DNA from: Comamonas sp. lk
GTDB lineage: Bacteria > Pseudomonadota > Gammaproteobacteria > Burkholderiales > Burkholderiaceae_C
DNA length: 64,000 nt
Assembly: GCA_945869165.1 (NCBI GenBank)
Contig: CAMBNY010000005.1
Span: 2,012-66,011 of the forward strand
Direction of reading: 5' to 3'
The notes under the pieces were generated by a model that saw only the letters and a list, made by a program, of their open reading frames with translations, was not told the DNA's origin and did not search any database. Shown here one piece after another: positions 20,726-30,291 of the stretch. The position numbers and the translations under genes are program-made. The stretch's first letter is position 1. Each line of letters begins with the position of its first letter.

Positions 20726-21601
20726 ATGTCCACTGATGTGTTCACAACCCAGGTCCACGGGATTTTTGACAAAGCCACTTGGACTGTGACTTACGTGGTG
20801 CACCAAGGCCCGGGCACGGCCTGCGCCATCATCGACTCGGTGTTGGACTACGACCCCAAGTCGGGCCGCACCCGCCATAGCTCGGCGGACAAAGTGATTG
20901 CCTATGTGCGCGAAAACCAATTGCAAACCGCGTGGATTCTGGAAACCCATGCGCACGCAGACCACCTCAGCGCCGCGCAATACCTGCAAGCGCAACTAGG
21001 TGGCAAGACGGCGATTGGTGACCAGATCACCGGTGTACAAAAAGTGTTCAAAGGCATCTTCAACCTGGAGCCTAGCTTTGCCTGCGACGGTTCACAGTTT
21101 GACCATTTGTATGCCGATGGCGAAGCGATTGTGGTGGGTGATATGCAAGGCCACACCATGCTGGTGCCCGGTCACACCCCGGCCTGCGTGGCTTACCGTT
21201 TTGGCGATGCGGTGTTTGTCGGCGACACCATGTTTATGCCCGATGTGGGCAGCGCGCGCTGTGATTTTCCGGGCGGCAATGCGCGGCAGTTGTATGCCTC
21301 GATCCAAAAAATTCTGAGTCTGCCGCCGCAAACCCGTTTATTCATGTGCCACGACTATCCACCCGCGGGCCGCGAAGTGGCGTTTGAATCCACCGTGGCC
21401 GAGCAACGTGCAAAAAACATCCACACCCATGAGGGCATTAGCGAAGACCAGTTTGTGCAGATGCGCACCACGCGCGATGCCACTCTGGACATGCCAGTAC
21501 TCATCCTGCCCGCAGTGCAGATCAACATCCGCGCCGGTCAGTTCCCGCCGGCCGAGGATAACGGCGTGGCCTACGTCAAAATTCCGCTGAACGCTTTGTA
21601 A
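20726..21601 (+). CDS. MBL-fold persulfide dioxygenase (ETHE1/Blh-like)
   Basis: IIDSVLDYD, ILETHAHADHLSAA, PGHTPAC, GDTMFMPDVGSARCDFPGG, CHDY, QINIRAG. Confidence 0.9.
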   Translation: MSTDVFTTQVHGIFDKATWTVTYVVHQGPGTACAIIDSVLDYDPKSGRTRHSSADKVIAYVRENQLQTAWILETHAHADHLSAAQYLQAQLGGKTAIGDQITGVQKVFKGIFNLEPSFACDGSQFDHLYADGEAIVVGDMQGHTMLVPGHTPACVAYRFGDAVFVGDTMFMPDVGSARCDFPGGNARQLYASIQKILSLPPQTRLFMCHDYPPAGREVAFESTVAEQRAKNIHTHEGISEDQFVQMRTTRDATLDMPVLILPAVQINIRAGQFPPAEDNGVAYVKIPLNAL

Positions 21602-21677
21602 GCCTTTCTGCCATCAAAAGTTCTGTTTCGTGGCGTAGTAATAATTACCAAATTAAAAATAATAAATTAGAATCAAA

Positions 21678-21741
21678 CCCTCTCCCAAGGCAGGTTCCCC
21701 AATCTGCCTTTTTAGCCCACTCTGATCGTGGGCTTTTTTTT
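21678..21741 (+). ncRNA. candidate small RNA
   Basis: TAGAAT -10 (21668-73); CCCUCUCCC leader; 10-bp stem AAGGCAGGTT-CCCC-AATCTGCCTT; then an intrinsic terminator. Confidence 0.45.
21714..21741 (+). terminator. Rho-independent terminator
   Basis: AGCCCAC-TCTGATC-GTGGGCT followed by a T run. Confidence 0.8.
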
Positions 21742-21814
21742 GTCCGCTGTTCCGGTAAGCGCTGGTTTTGGTGCTGCCCGTATCATGGGCGCCTGCTTGA
21801 TAACTCCGAGCCCC

Positions 21815-23680
21815 ATGATCCGCATCACTGAAATCAAACTTCCCCTGGCCGCATTGCCTGTGCATGCGCCCCGCGCTGCCGATTCGCCCAGCGAAAGCGC
21901 GCAAGACCGCATGCCTGTGGCCCATCCGCTGGAGGCGCTGCGCGAGGCGGCCGCGCAAACCCTGGGGATAGCGCCCACTGAAATTTTGGATGTGCAGGTT
22001 TTCAAGCGCAGTTTTGATGCACGCAAAGCCGACATCCTGGCCGTCTTCATTGTGGATGTGCAAGTGGCACCTAGCAGCAAAGCGCGTCTGCTGGCGCAGC
22101 ATGTAAACCATGCGTATATCGCAGCGACCCCGGATATGGTTTACCAGCCTGCGGCCAATGCGCCAGCTAATTGGGATAAACGCCCCGTGGTGGTGGGCTT
22201 CGGGCCCTGCGGCATGTTTGCCGCTTTACTGCTGGCGCAAATGGGATTCAAACCCTTGGTACTCGAGCGTGGCCCCATGGTGCGCCAGCGCACCAAAGAC
22301 ACTTGGGATTTATGGCGCAAAAATACCTTGCATGTGCAAAGCAATGTGCAGTTCGGCGAAGGCGGTGCCGGTACGTTTTCGGACGGTAAGTTGTGGAGCC
22401 AAATACGCGACCCGCGTTACTTGGGCCGTAAAGTCATGCACGAGTTCGTACAGGCTGGTGCGCCACCCGAAATTTTGTACGAGGCGCATCCGCATATCGG
22501 CACTTTCAAATTGGTCAAAGTGGTGGAAACCTTGCGCGCGCGCATTGAATCCCTGGGCGGCGAAGTGCGCTTCGGGCAACAGGTGGTGGATGTGCAATTA
22601 CGTCGTGCAGCGGGCGACCCAGACGGTATGCAAAGAATGGACACATTGCAGGTCTGCGACGCGGCCTCGGGCCGTGTGTATGCCATCGCAGCCAGCCATG
22701 TGGTGATGGCGCTGGGTCACAGCGCACGCGACACCTTTGCCATGTTGTACGACCGTGGCGTGGCCATGCAGGCCAAGGCGTTTTCTATTGGTTTTCGTAT
22801 TGAACATCCACAAGGCGTGATCGACCGCGCGCGCTGGGGCCGCCATGCGGGCCATCCTTTGCTGGGCGCGGCTGACTACAAGCTCGTGCACCACGCTAGC
22901 AACGGGCGCAGTGTCTATAGCTTTTGTATGTGCCCTGGCGGCACCGTGGTCGCTGCAACCAGTGAAGCAGGCCGTGTAGTAACCAACGGCATGAGCCAGT
23001 ATTCGCGCAACGAGCGCAATGCCAATGCCGGTATCGTGGTCGGTGTCGACCCCGCAGACTTCCCGCAGGACAAGGCCAGCTTTATCGCAGCCTTTGGCGA
23101 AGTCGATGGCGCGCGCTATGCCGCCCAAGCGAAGGCTATGTGCGATAGCAAGGGCGCTGAGGGGTCATTTCGGGCAAGTGCCCCTGCTGACGCGGTGTAT
23201 GCCCATGTGCATCCTCTGGCAGGCATGGTTTTGCAGCGCAGCTTGGAATCGGCAGCGTATCTGCTGGGCGGCGCCAATTACCAGGCACCGGGCCAACGGG
23301 TGGGCGACTTTTTAGCGGACAGAGCGTCCAGCGCGTGGGGCGTGGTGACGCCGTCCTACCGGCCCGGCGTCACCCCGGTGAATCTGGCCCCCAGCTTGCC
23401 CGCTTATGCCATTGCCGCCATTCGCGAGGCGCTACCGGTATTCGGGCGAAAGATCAAAGGTTTTGATATGGAAGACGCCTTGCTCACGGGCGTGGAAACC
23501 CGCACTTCCAGCCCTTTGAAAATGCCACGCGGCGAAGACTTGCAAAGTAGCAATGTGCGCGGTTTATATCCGGCAGGCGAGGGCGCCAGCTATGCCGGCG
23601 GCATTTTGTCGGCTGGCGTCGATGGCATCCGCGTGGCCGAGGCGCTGGCTTTGGATCTGCTTATAGCGCAGCGCGCTTGA
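21815..23680 (+). CDS. uncharacterised NAD(P)/FAD-dependent oxidoreductase (COG2509-like)
   Basis: MIRITEIKLPL start, VVGFGPCGMFAAL, QFGEGGAGTFSDGKL, SFCMCPGG, GVETRTSSP, GEGASYAGGILSA. Confidence 0.88.
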   Translation: MIRITEIKLPLAALPVHAPRAADSPSESAQDRMPVAHPLEALREAAAQTLGIAPTEILDVQVFKRSFDARKADILAVFIVDVQVAPSSKARLLAQHVNHAYIAATPDMVYQPAANAPANWDKRPVVVGFGPCGMFAALLLAQMGFKPLVLERGPMVRQRTKDTWDLWRKNTLHVQSNVQFGEGGAGTFSDGKLWSQIRDPRYLGRKVMHEFVQAGAPPEILYEAHPHIGTFKLVKVVETLRARIESLGGEVRFGQQVVDVQLRRAAGDPDGMQRMDTLQVCDAASGRVYAIAASHVVMALGHSARDTFAMLYDRGVAMQAKAFSIGFRIEHPQGVIDRARWGRHAGHPLLGAADYKLVHHASNGRSVYSFCMCPGGTVVAATSEAGRVVTNGMSQYSRNERNANAGIVVGVDPADFPQDKASFIAAFGEVDGARYAAQAKAMCDSKGAEGSFRASAPADAVYAHVHPLAGMVLQRSLESAAYLLGGANYQAPGQRVGDFLADRASSAWGVVTPSYRPGVTPVNLAPSLPAYAIAAIREALPVFGRKIKGFDMEDALLTGVETRTSSPLKMPRGEDLQSSNVRGLYPAGEGASYAGGILSAGVDGIRVAEALALDLLIAQRA

Positions 23681-23789
23681 ACAAAGCCAGCAAACTGCCG
23701 GCCAGCACAAACAAGCTGCCAAACACGCGGTTCATGGCGCGTAGACGTGCCGGGATCAGGCGGCACCTACCGCCGCCGCCTCGCGGTAA

Positions 23790-24659
23790 TTACGCATTTT
23801 GCAATGCTGCGATACGCGCTTCAATCGGCGGATGCGTGCTAAACAATTGGCCGATACCACCAGCAATGCCAAAGGCCGCGACGCTCTTAGGCAGTTCGCC
23901 CGGCGTCATGCCGCCCAAGCGGGCCAGTGCATTGACCATGGGTTGCTTGCGGCCCATCAACTGCGCGGCACCCGCGTCGGCGCGGAATTCGCGCTGGCGG
24001 CTGAACCAAGCAACCACCATGGCTGCGGCAAAGCCCAGCACAATATCGAGCGCGATAGTGGTGATGTAGTAGGCCATGCCGGGGCCGCTGTTTTGCTCAT
24101 CGTTCTTGCGCAAAAAGCTGTCCACTGCATAAGCAATCACACGACTGAGAAAAACCACAAAGGTGTTCATCACGCCTTGGATCAGCGTCATGGTCACCAT
24201 GTCGCCGTTGGCGATATGGGCAACTTCGTGCCCGATCACTGCTTCCACTTCTTCACGGGTCATACCGGCTAGCAAACCGGTGGAGACGGCAACGAGGGCC
24301 GAGTCCTTGAAAGCGCCGGTGGCAAAGGCATTGGGTTCGCCTTCGAAGATACCAACCTCGGGCATACCGATGCCGGCTTTGTCAGCAAATTTGCGCACGG
24401 TCTCCACGATCCAGGCCTCATCTGCGGTCTGCGGCTGCGCAATCACCTGAACACCCGAGCTCCACTTGGCCATGGGCTTGCTGATGAGCAGGGAAATAAA
24501 GGCGCCGCCAAAACCGATGACCAGCGCATAGCCCAGCAGCAAACCCAAATCAAGTCCATTGCTGGTGAGGTAGCGGTTCACGCCTAACAGGCTGGCCACG
24601 ATACCCAGTACCACCACAACCAGCACATTGGTGAGCACGAGTAAAAGAATACGTTTCAT
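23790..24659 (-). CDS. htpX: membrane zinc protease HtpX
   Basis: [20 protein letters not shown] (HExxH), [22 protein letters not shown]; ATG at 24659. Confidence 0.95.
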   Translation of the reverse strand: MKRILLLVLTNVLVVVVLGIVASLLGVNRYLTSNGLDLGLLLGYALVIGFGGAFISLLISKPMAKWSSGVQVIAQPQTADEAWIVETVRKFADKAGIGMPEVGIFEGEPNAFATGAFKDSALVAVSTGLLAGMTREEVEAVIGHEVAHIANGDMVTMTLIQGVMNTFVVFLSRVIAYAVDSFLRKNDEQNSGPGMAYYITTIALDIVLGFAAAMVVAWFSRQREFRADAGAAQLMGRKQPMVNALARLGGMTPGELPKSVAAFGIAGGIGQLFSTHPPIEARIAALQNA

Positions 24660-24731
24660 ATCAACTCCAGAGAAAGTGGGCGCGCCGCACAAACACCGGT
24701 TTGGGCCTTTCGCGCTGCAACACAGACCTCC

Positions 24732-24760
24732 ATGGTAGGGCCGGACGGTGAAATTACAAG
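24732..24760 (-). promoter_or_regulatory. possible RpoH (sigma32) promoter of htpX
   Basis: Minus strand CTTGTAATTTCACCGTCCGGCCCTACCAT loosely matches CTTGAA..CCCCAT; htpX is a heat-shock gene in model species. Confidence 0.3.
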
Positions 24761-24804
24761 TCAGTGCCCCCAAGTGCCCAGGCAAATTGCGGGCTTTGGC
24801 CGTT

Positions 24805-25566
24805 TTAAGCAGGGGCTGGCGGTGGCGGTCGGAATACCGAAACATCATCATAAAAGCCAGCTTGTTCATTGGCCGGCCACCAGCTGGGCACGCCCAATAC
24901 CGGTAAATGGGCAAAGGGTTTGCCAGCGAGTGCATCGGCTTGCAAATGCGCGCCCAGCCAGCGGTCCCAACCGCCTTGCATACCAGCGGAGGTTTGCACG
25001 CGATAGACGTGCGCGGTCATCGCAGTGCGTGGGTGTACCAACTTTTCCAATAAAGCATGGCCGAATAATTGCAAGTACGTTTCTTTCCATAAAGGTCGCA
25101 GCGGGCCAAAGAGGGTCCGCCAGTCTTTGCGCACTAAGGCGTCCCACAAGGCATCGGGTGCGTGCAAGAGGGCTGCGTTTTCGTCAAATACTGTGAGTGC
25201 ATCACGCGCCGGGCCGCGTACCGGCGCGATACCGCTGTGCGCAATTTGCGCCGCCTGCAACTGGTTGAGTCGCAGCTTGGTTTGCGGGAAATGCAGCCAG
25301 CACAGGCCGTTGAAAAAATCATGCAAGCCGTCGCGTGTGGGCACTTGTTGGGTTTGAAAAATAAAGGCCTCATAGGCCTGACCCGGAGGCAGATCGGACT
25401 GCGGCACAAAGCGCACCGGGCAGTCTGGCATGCCCTGCGCCAAGATGTTTAGCGCTTGCGCGCAACTATCTCCTTTTGCTACGCGCTCGGCCAGCGGCTG
25501 CCCGCGTGCGCGCCAAGGCTGCAGCCAGGGCATGTTCCAGTCAATCGCTTCTATGCCATGCGCCAT
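24805..25566 (-). CDS. DUF3025-family protein
   Basis: [61 protein letters not shown]; follows pyrC; start uncertain. Confidence 0.85.
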   Translation of the reverse strand: MAHGIEAIDWNMPWLQPWRARGQPLAERVAKGDSCAQALNILAQGMPDCPVRFVPQSDLPPGQAYEAFIFQTQQVPTRDGLHDFFNGLCWLHFPQTKLRLNQLQAAQIAHSGIAPVRGPARDALTVFDENAALLHAPDALWDALVRKDWRTLFGPLRPLWKETYLQLFGHALLEKLVHPRTAMTAHVYRVQTSAGMQGGWDRWLGAHLQADALAGKPFAHLPVLGVPSWWPANEQAGFYDDVSVFRPPPPAPA

Positions 25567-25609
25567 GGCAACACGACCGTCATCCGGGGCAATTGGCGCT
25601 TCCACATGA

Positions 25610-26662
25610 TTAGGCCAGGCGCCAATGCAGCACTTCGCCACCGGCCAGCGGCTTCAAGCTGGTCTGTGCAAACGCGTAGCTCTCTGGAGGCGTCCAGCTT
25701 TCGCGTCGCAATGTGATCTGCTCGGTGTTACGCGGCAGAGCGTAAAAATCCGGGCCGTGAAAACTGGCAAAGGCTTCCAGCTGGCCCAGCGCCTGCGCGG
25801 CTTCAAAAGCGCTGGCATAGAGCTCAATGGCCGCATGCGCCGTATAGCAGCCTGCGCAGCCGCTGGCGTGCTCTTTTAGGTGGGTGGCATGGGGCGCGCT
25901 GTCCGTCCCTAGAAAAAACCGAGGCGAACCTTGCGTGGCCGCGTCCACCAAAGCCTGTCGGTGGATTTCGCGCTTGAGCACCGGCAGGCAGTAGTAATGC
26001 GGACGTATGCCGCCGGTAAAAATTGCATTGCGGTTGTAGAGCAGGTGGTGCGCGGTAATGCTCGCGGCGATGAGGCCTTGCGCGCTTTGCACATACTGCG
26101 CCGCCTCGCGCGTGGTGATGTGTTCAAACACCACTTTGAGCGCCGGAAAATCCCGTCGCAGCGGTATCAGTTGGGTGTCTATGAATACCGCCTCGCGGTC
26201 AAATAAGTCGATGTCCGGCGAGGTGACTTCACCATGCACTAGCAGCGGCATGCCCACGCGCTGCATGGCCTCTAGCGTGGCGTAGGTTTTGCGCATATCG
26301 GTAACCCCGGCATCGCTGTTGGTGGTGGCGCCAGCAGGGTAGAGCTTGACGCCGACAATGCCTGCGTCCTTGGCGCGTACGATCTCATCTGGGGGCAAAG
26401 TGTCGGTGAGGTACAGGGTCATCAAAGCTTCAAACTCACTGTGCCCGGCTGCTGTTGCTGCTGCGTGTATCCGTTCGCGGTAGGCCAGCGCTTGCGCAGT
26501 GCTGGTGACCGGCGGTTTGAGGTTGGGCATGATCAGCGCGCGGCCGAACTGCGCTGCGGTATGCGGCACCACGGTTTGCAAAGCAGCGCCGTCGCGCACA
26601 TGCAGGTGCCAATCATCGGGGCGGGTGATGGAGAAGGTTTGGGGGGCTATGTGGTCTGGCAT
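25610..26662 (-). CDS. pyrC: dihydroorotase
   Basis: [51 protein letters not shown]. Confidence 0.97.
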   Translation of the reverse strand: MPDHIAPQTFSITRPDDWHLHVRDGAALQTVVPHTAAQFGRALIMPNLKPPVTSTAQALAYRERIHAAATAAGHSEFEALMTLYLTDTLPPDEIVRAKDAGIVGVKLYPAGATTNSDAGVTDMRKTYATLEAMQRVGMPLLVHGEVTSPDIDLFDREAVFIDTQLIPLRRDFPALKVVFEHITTREAAQYVQSAQGLIAASITAHHLLYNRNAIFTGGIRPHYYCLPVLKREIHRQALVDAATQGSPRFFLGTDSAPHATHLKEHASGCAGCYTAHAAIELYASAFEAAQALGQLEAFASFHGPDFYALPRNTEQITLRRESWTPPESYAFAQTSLKPLAGGEVLHWRLA

Positions 26663-26669
26663 AAGTGGC

Positions 26670-26975
26670 TTATTGTCCCAAATCAGGGTGTGCCTGGGCC
26701 TCGCCGTCCTGTGGTGCCTCAGGGTTGCGCCGCTGGGCCCGGCTGCTTTGCAGGCTGTTCAGGATGTCCACGGCCTGGGCATAGAAAGTGGTGCCAGCCG
26801 GAGTCAGGCGCGTGGGGTAAGAACTGCGGTCTACCAGCGCGACCCCGGCCCAGGCTTCGAGCGACTGGATGCGGCGCGAAAAAGCCGGCTGGGTTACATG
26901 GCGCAATTGCGCCGACCGACTGAAACTGCGCGTCTCGGCCAGTGATACAAAGTCCTCCAGCCATTTGGTGTCCAT
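26670..26975 (-). pseudogene. LysR regulator truncated to the wHTH plus linker helix (101 aa)
   Basis: MDTKWLEDFVSLAETRSFSRSAQLRHVTQPAFSRRIQSLE is a LysR HTH; no effector domain; stop lies 7 bp before pyrC. Confidence 0.7.
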
Positions 26976-27002
26976 TGCCTGTTGCTACCTTGTGTATAGC
27001 GC

Positions 27003-28847
27003 TCAGGTGCTACTTTGTTGCAGCGCCCACATATCGGCATAGCGGCCTTGCTGTTGCAACAAGGCCTGATGGGTGCCGCGTTCGACTATGCGACCGCCGT
27101 CCATGACCAAAATTTCATGCGCATCGACCACGGTGGACAAGCGGTGTGCAATGACCAGCGTGGTCTTACTTTGTGCAATGCGTTGCAGCTCGGCCTGGAT
27201 GGCCCGCTCGTTAGCTGAGTCCAGCGCACTGGTGGCTTCGTCAAACACCAGAATGGGCGGGTCTTTAAGCAGCGTGCGCGCAATCGCCACACGTTGTTTT
27301 TCTCCGCCCGAGAGTTTTAGCCCGCGCTCACCGACCATAGTCGCATAGCCTGCTGGCGTGCTGGCAATAAAGTCGTCGATATGCGCCGCGCGCGCCGCCT
27401 CTTGCACTTGCGCCAGCGAGCTGCCGGGTCGGCCATAAGCGATGTTGTATTCCACCGTGTCGTTAAACAAAACCGTGTCTTGCGGCACGATGCCGATGGC
27501 GGCGCGCAAACTGGTTTGCGTCAGGCTTTGGATGCTTTGCCCCGCAATGTAAATACCACCTTGCTGCACATCGTAAAAACGATAGAGCAAGCGCGCTAGC
27601 GTGCTCTTGCCCGAGCCCGAAGGGCCAACCACCGCCACGGTTTTTCCTGCCGGGATCTCAAAGCTGATGTCGTGCAGCAAGGGCCGCGCGGGGTCGTAGG
27701 CAAAAAACACATGCTCAAAGCGCACGCTGGCTTGTAATTGACCTGCCGCGTCATGCGCATGCAAGCGCAGATCCTGCGCGTTGGGCGCATCGGCGATTTC
27801 TTGCTCGCGCTCAAGGAGCGTGAACATTTTTTCCAGGTCGGCGAGGTTTTGCTTCAGCTCCCGATAGATGGCGCCCAAAAAATTGAGCGGTATGTAAATT
27901 TGGATCATGAAGGCATTGACCATGACCAAATCACCCAAGGTCATGCGCCCCTCGACCACGCCCTGCGTGGCACGCCAAAGCATGGCCACCAAGCCGCTGG
28001 CAATGATGAGTTGTTGGCCCGCGTTGAGCATGCTCAAGGTGCGCTGGCTTTGTAGGGCGGCGCGGCGGTAGCGCTCCAGGTTTTCGTCATAACGCCGGGC
28101 TTCGAATTCTTCGTTGTTGAAGTATTTGACCGTCTCAAAGTTCAGCAGCGAGTCGATGGCGCGGCTGTGGGCTTTGGAGTCCAGCTCGTTCATGCGCTTG
28201 CGAAACTGCGTGCGCCACTCGGTCATGCTGATGGTGAACAGGATGTAGAGCACCAAAGCAATGATGGTGATACCGGCAAACCAGACGTCAAACTTCACCG
28301 CCAGCAGCGTGAGCACCAACCCCACTTCAATCAGCGTAGGGACAATGCTGTAGAGCGAATACGAGACCAGCGAATGCACCGCACGGGTACCGCGCTCGAT
28401 ATCGCGCGTCATGCCGCCGGTTTGGCGCTCTAAGTGAAAGCGCAAGCTTAAGGAATGCAAATGTCTAAACACCGCCAGCGAGATGCTGCGCGCCGCCCCT
28501 TCGGTAGCTTTGGCGAAGATCAGGTCGCGCAATTCGGCAAACAAGGTGGTGGATAGGCGCAGCGCGGCGTAAGCGATCAATAACGCCACCGGCACCACCA
28601 GCACGGCAGCCAGTTGGCCAGGCTGTGGCGTCATGCTGTCGACCAGGTCTTTGAGCAGCAATGGCACACCCACGTTGGCCACTTTGGCGCCCACCATGAG
28701 CGACAGCGCCACTATGACCCGCCATTTGTAGGCCCACAAATAAGGGAAAAGGCGCTGCAAAGTACCCCAGTCACCGGTCTGAACCCCGGCGGCACCTAGG
28801 GTGGCGGGCGGGCTGTGGGTACTAGAAGCGGGGCCAAAAGAGCGCAT
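27003..28847 (-). CDS. ABCB (Atm1-like) fused permease/ATPase exporter
   Basis: LSLRFHLERQTGG, DSLLNFETVKYF, GPSGSGKST, VPQDTVLFN, LSGGEKQR, DEATSALD. Confidence 0.93.
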   Translation of the reverse strand: MRSFGPASSTHSPPATLGAAGVQTGDWGTLQRLFPYLWAYKWRVIVALSLMVGAKVANVGVPLLLKDLVDSMTPQPGQLAAVLVVPVALLIAYAALRLSTTLFAELRDLIFAKATEGAARSISLAVFRHLHSLSLRFHLERQTGGMTRDIERGTRAVHSLVSYSLYSIVPTLIEVGLVLTLLAVKFDVWFAGITIIALVLYILFTISMTEWRTQFRKRMNELDSKAHSRAIDSLLNFETVKYFNNEEFEARRYDENLERYRRAALQSQRTLSMLNAGQQLIIASGLVAMLWRATQGVVEGRMTLGDLVMVNAFMIQIYIPLNFLGAIYRELKQNLADLEKMFTLLEREQEIADAPNAQDLRLHAHDAAGQLQASVRFEHVFFAYDPARPLLHDISFEIPAGKTVAVVGPSGSGKSTLARLLYRFYDVQQGGIYIAGQSIQSLTQTSLRAAIGIVPQDTVLFNDTVEYNIAYGRPGSSLAQVQEAARAAHIDDFIASTPAGYATMVGERGLKLSGGEKQRVAIARTLLKDPPILVFDEATSALDSANERAIQAELQRIAQSKTTLVIAHRLSTVVDAHEILVMDGGRIVERGTHQALLQQQGRYADMWALQQSST

Positions 28848-28884
28848 GGGTGACAATTCGAAGCGTTAACCCGAGATTGTGCCC

Positions 28885-29292
28885 ATGTCCCACGCTGCCG
28901 CCCCCACCACCGCCTTGCCCATCGACCAAGAGTTGGTGCTCAAAGTGATTCCCATGCCGGGCGACTGCAATGCCAATGGCGATATTTTTGGCGGCTGGGT
29001 GATGGCCCAGGTGGATTTGGCCGGTTCGGTGCTGCCCGCTCGCTACACCCAGGGCCGGATGGCGACGGTGGCGGTCAATGAGTTCATTTTTAAGCAGCCG
29101 GTGCGCGTGGGCGACATCTTGTCCTTCTTTTCTAAGGTGGTGCGCATCGGCCGCACGTCCATAACCGTCAAGGTAGAAGTGTTTGCCGAGCGCTTTCGCA
29201 ACCAGGGTAGCTACATCAAGGTAACCGAAGCCCTTGTCACCTATGTGGCAATTGACGACGCAGGAAAACCAAGGGAAATCCCCAAGGTTTAG
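28885..29292 (+). CDS. acyl-CoA thioesterase (YciA-like hotdog fold)
   Basis: PMPGDCNANGDIFGGWVMAQVDLAG, IGRTSITV. Confidence 0.92.
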   Translation: MSHAAAPTTALPIDQELVLKVIPMPGDCNANGDIFGGWVMAQVDLAGSVLPARYTQGRMATVAVNEFIFKQPVRVGDILSFFSKVVRIGRTSITVKVEVFAERFRNQGSYIKVTEALVTYVAIDDAGKPREIPKV

Positions 29293-29410
29293 GGCTTTGT
29301 CAGAGGGAAATTACATGTCGGGTGTCAATTTAGCTATTGAAATCGGTAACAACCCTATCAAAGAAATTTCAAACTAGGGATATAACCTTGGGTGGTTCAA
29401 CCTAGGAGGC

Positions 29411-30289
29411 ATGGTGCAGTTTTTTCAATTGTTGATCAGCGGTGTGGCGCAGGGCTGCATTTACGGGCTGATCGCACTCGGTTTTGTCCTGATTTACAAG
29501 GCGACCGAGACCGTCAGCTTTGCCCAGGGCGAGCTGATGATGCTCGGTGCTTTTGGCGGTTTGGTGGCTATGACCATGCTGGGCATGCCCTATTGGCTTT
29601 CCATCATCTCGGCGGTGATTGCGATGGCCCTGGTAGGCGCCCTGATCGAAATGGCGGTCATACGCCCGATTTTGGGGCAGCCGGCCTTTTCCATAGTGAT
29701 GCTGACCATCGGCGTGGGCTATGTGGCGCGTGGCCTGATCACCATGATTCCCAACATCGGCACCGACACCCAGGCCCTGCCGGTTCCCTACAAAGATGAA
29801 ATCTGGAAGCTGGGCGGTTTGATTCTGAATGTCGAGCACATGGTCGTGATTGCGGCCACCGGCGTTTTGTGCGTGTTGTTGTTTGCGCTGTTCCGTTACA
29901 GCAAACTGGGTATCGCCATGCAGGCCGCCTCCCAAAACCAGCTGGCGGCTTACTACATGGGCATACCCGTCAAGCGCCTCAACAGCATTGCCTGGGCGCT
30001 GGCGGCGGCCGTGGCCAGTATTGCCGGGCTACTGCTCGCGCCTATTACTTTTGTGCACGCCAACATGGGCTTTATCGGCCTCAAGGCCTTCCCGGCGGCA
30101 GTGGTGGGGGGCTTTGGCAGCCTACCAGGCGCGATTGTGGGGGGCTTGGTCATCGGCTTGGTGGAAGCTTTTTCGGGCTTTTATTTGCCTGACGGCTTCA
30201 AAGACACTGCCGCTTACATCGTGGTGCTGGTGATGCTGATGGTGCGGCCCAACGGCTTGTTCGGCGAAAAACTGCGCAAAAAGGTCTGA
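29411..30289 (+). CDS. Liv-type ABC transporter permease (LivH-like)
   Basis: GCIYGLIALGFVLIYK, FAQGEL, GGFGSLPGA, RPNGLFG. Confidence 0.92.
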   Translation: MVQFFQLLISGVAQGCIYGLIALGFVLIYKATETVSFAQGELMMLGAFGGLVAMTMLGMPYWLSIISAVIAMALVGALIEMAVIRPILGQPAFSIVMLTIGVGYVARGLITMIPNIGTDTQALPVPYKDEIWKLGGLILNVEHMVVIAATGVLCVLLFALFRYSKLGIAMQAASQNQLAAYYMGIPVKRLNSIAWALAAAVASIAGLLLAPITFVHANMGFIGLKAFPAAVVGGFGSLPGAIVGGLVIGLVEAFSGFYLPDGFKDTAAYIVVLVMLMVRPNGLFGEKLRKKV

Positions 30290-30291
30290 AC

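Noticed and set aside
24660-24935. N-terminal extension of htpX, or a structured RNA upstream of it
   Set aside because: HtpX homology starts at MKRILL with a GGAG RBS; no recognisable RNA motif in the spacer.
29270-29405. GGG-(A/T)n-CCC-like short motifs upstream of the Liv operon
   Set aside because: Too short and variable to call a binding site without comparative data.
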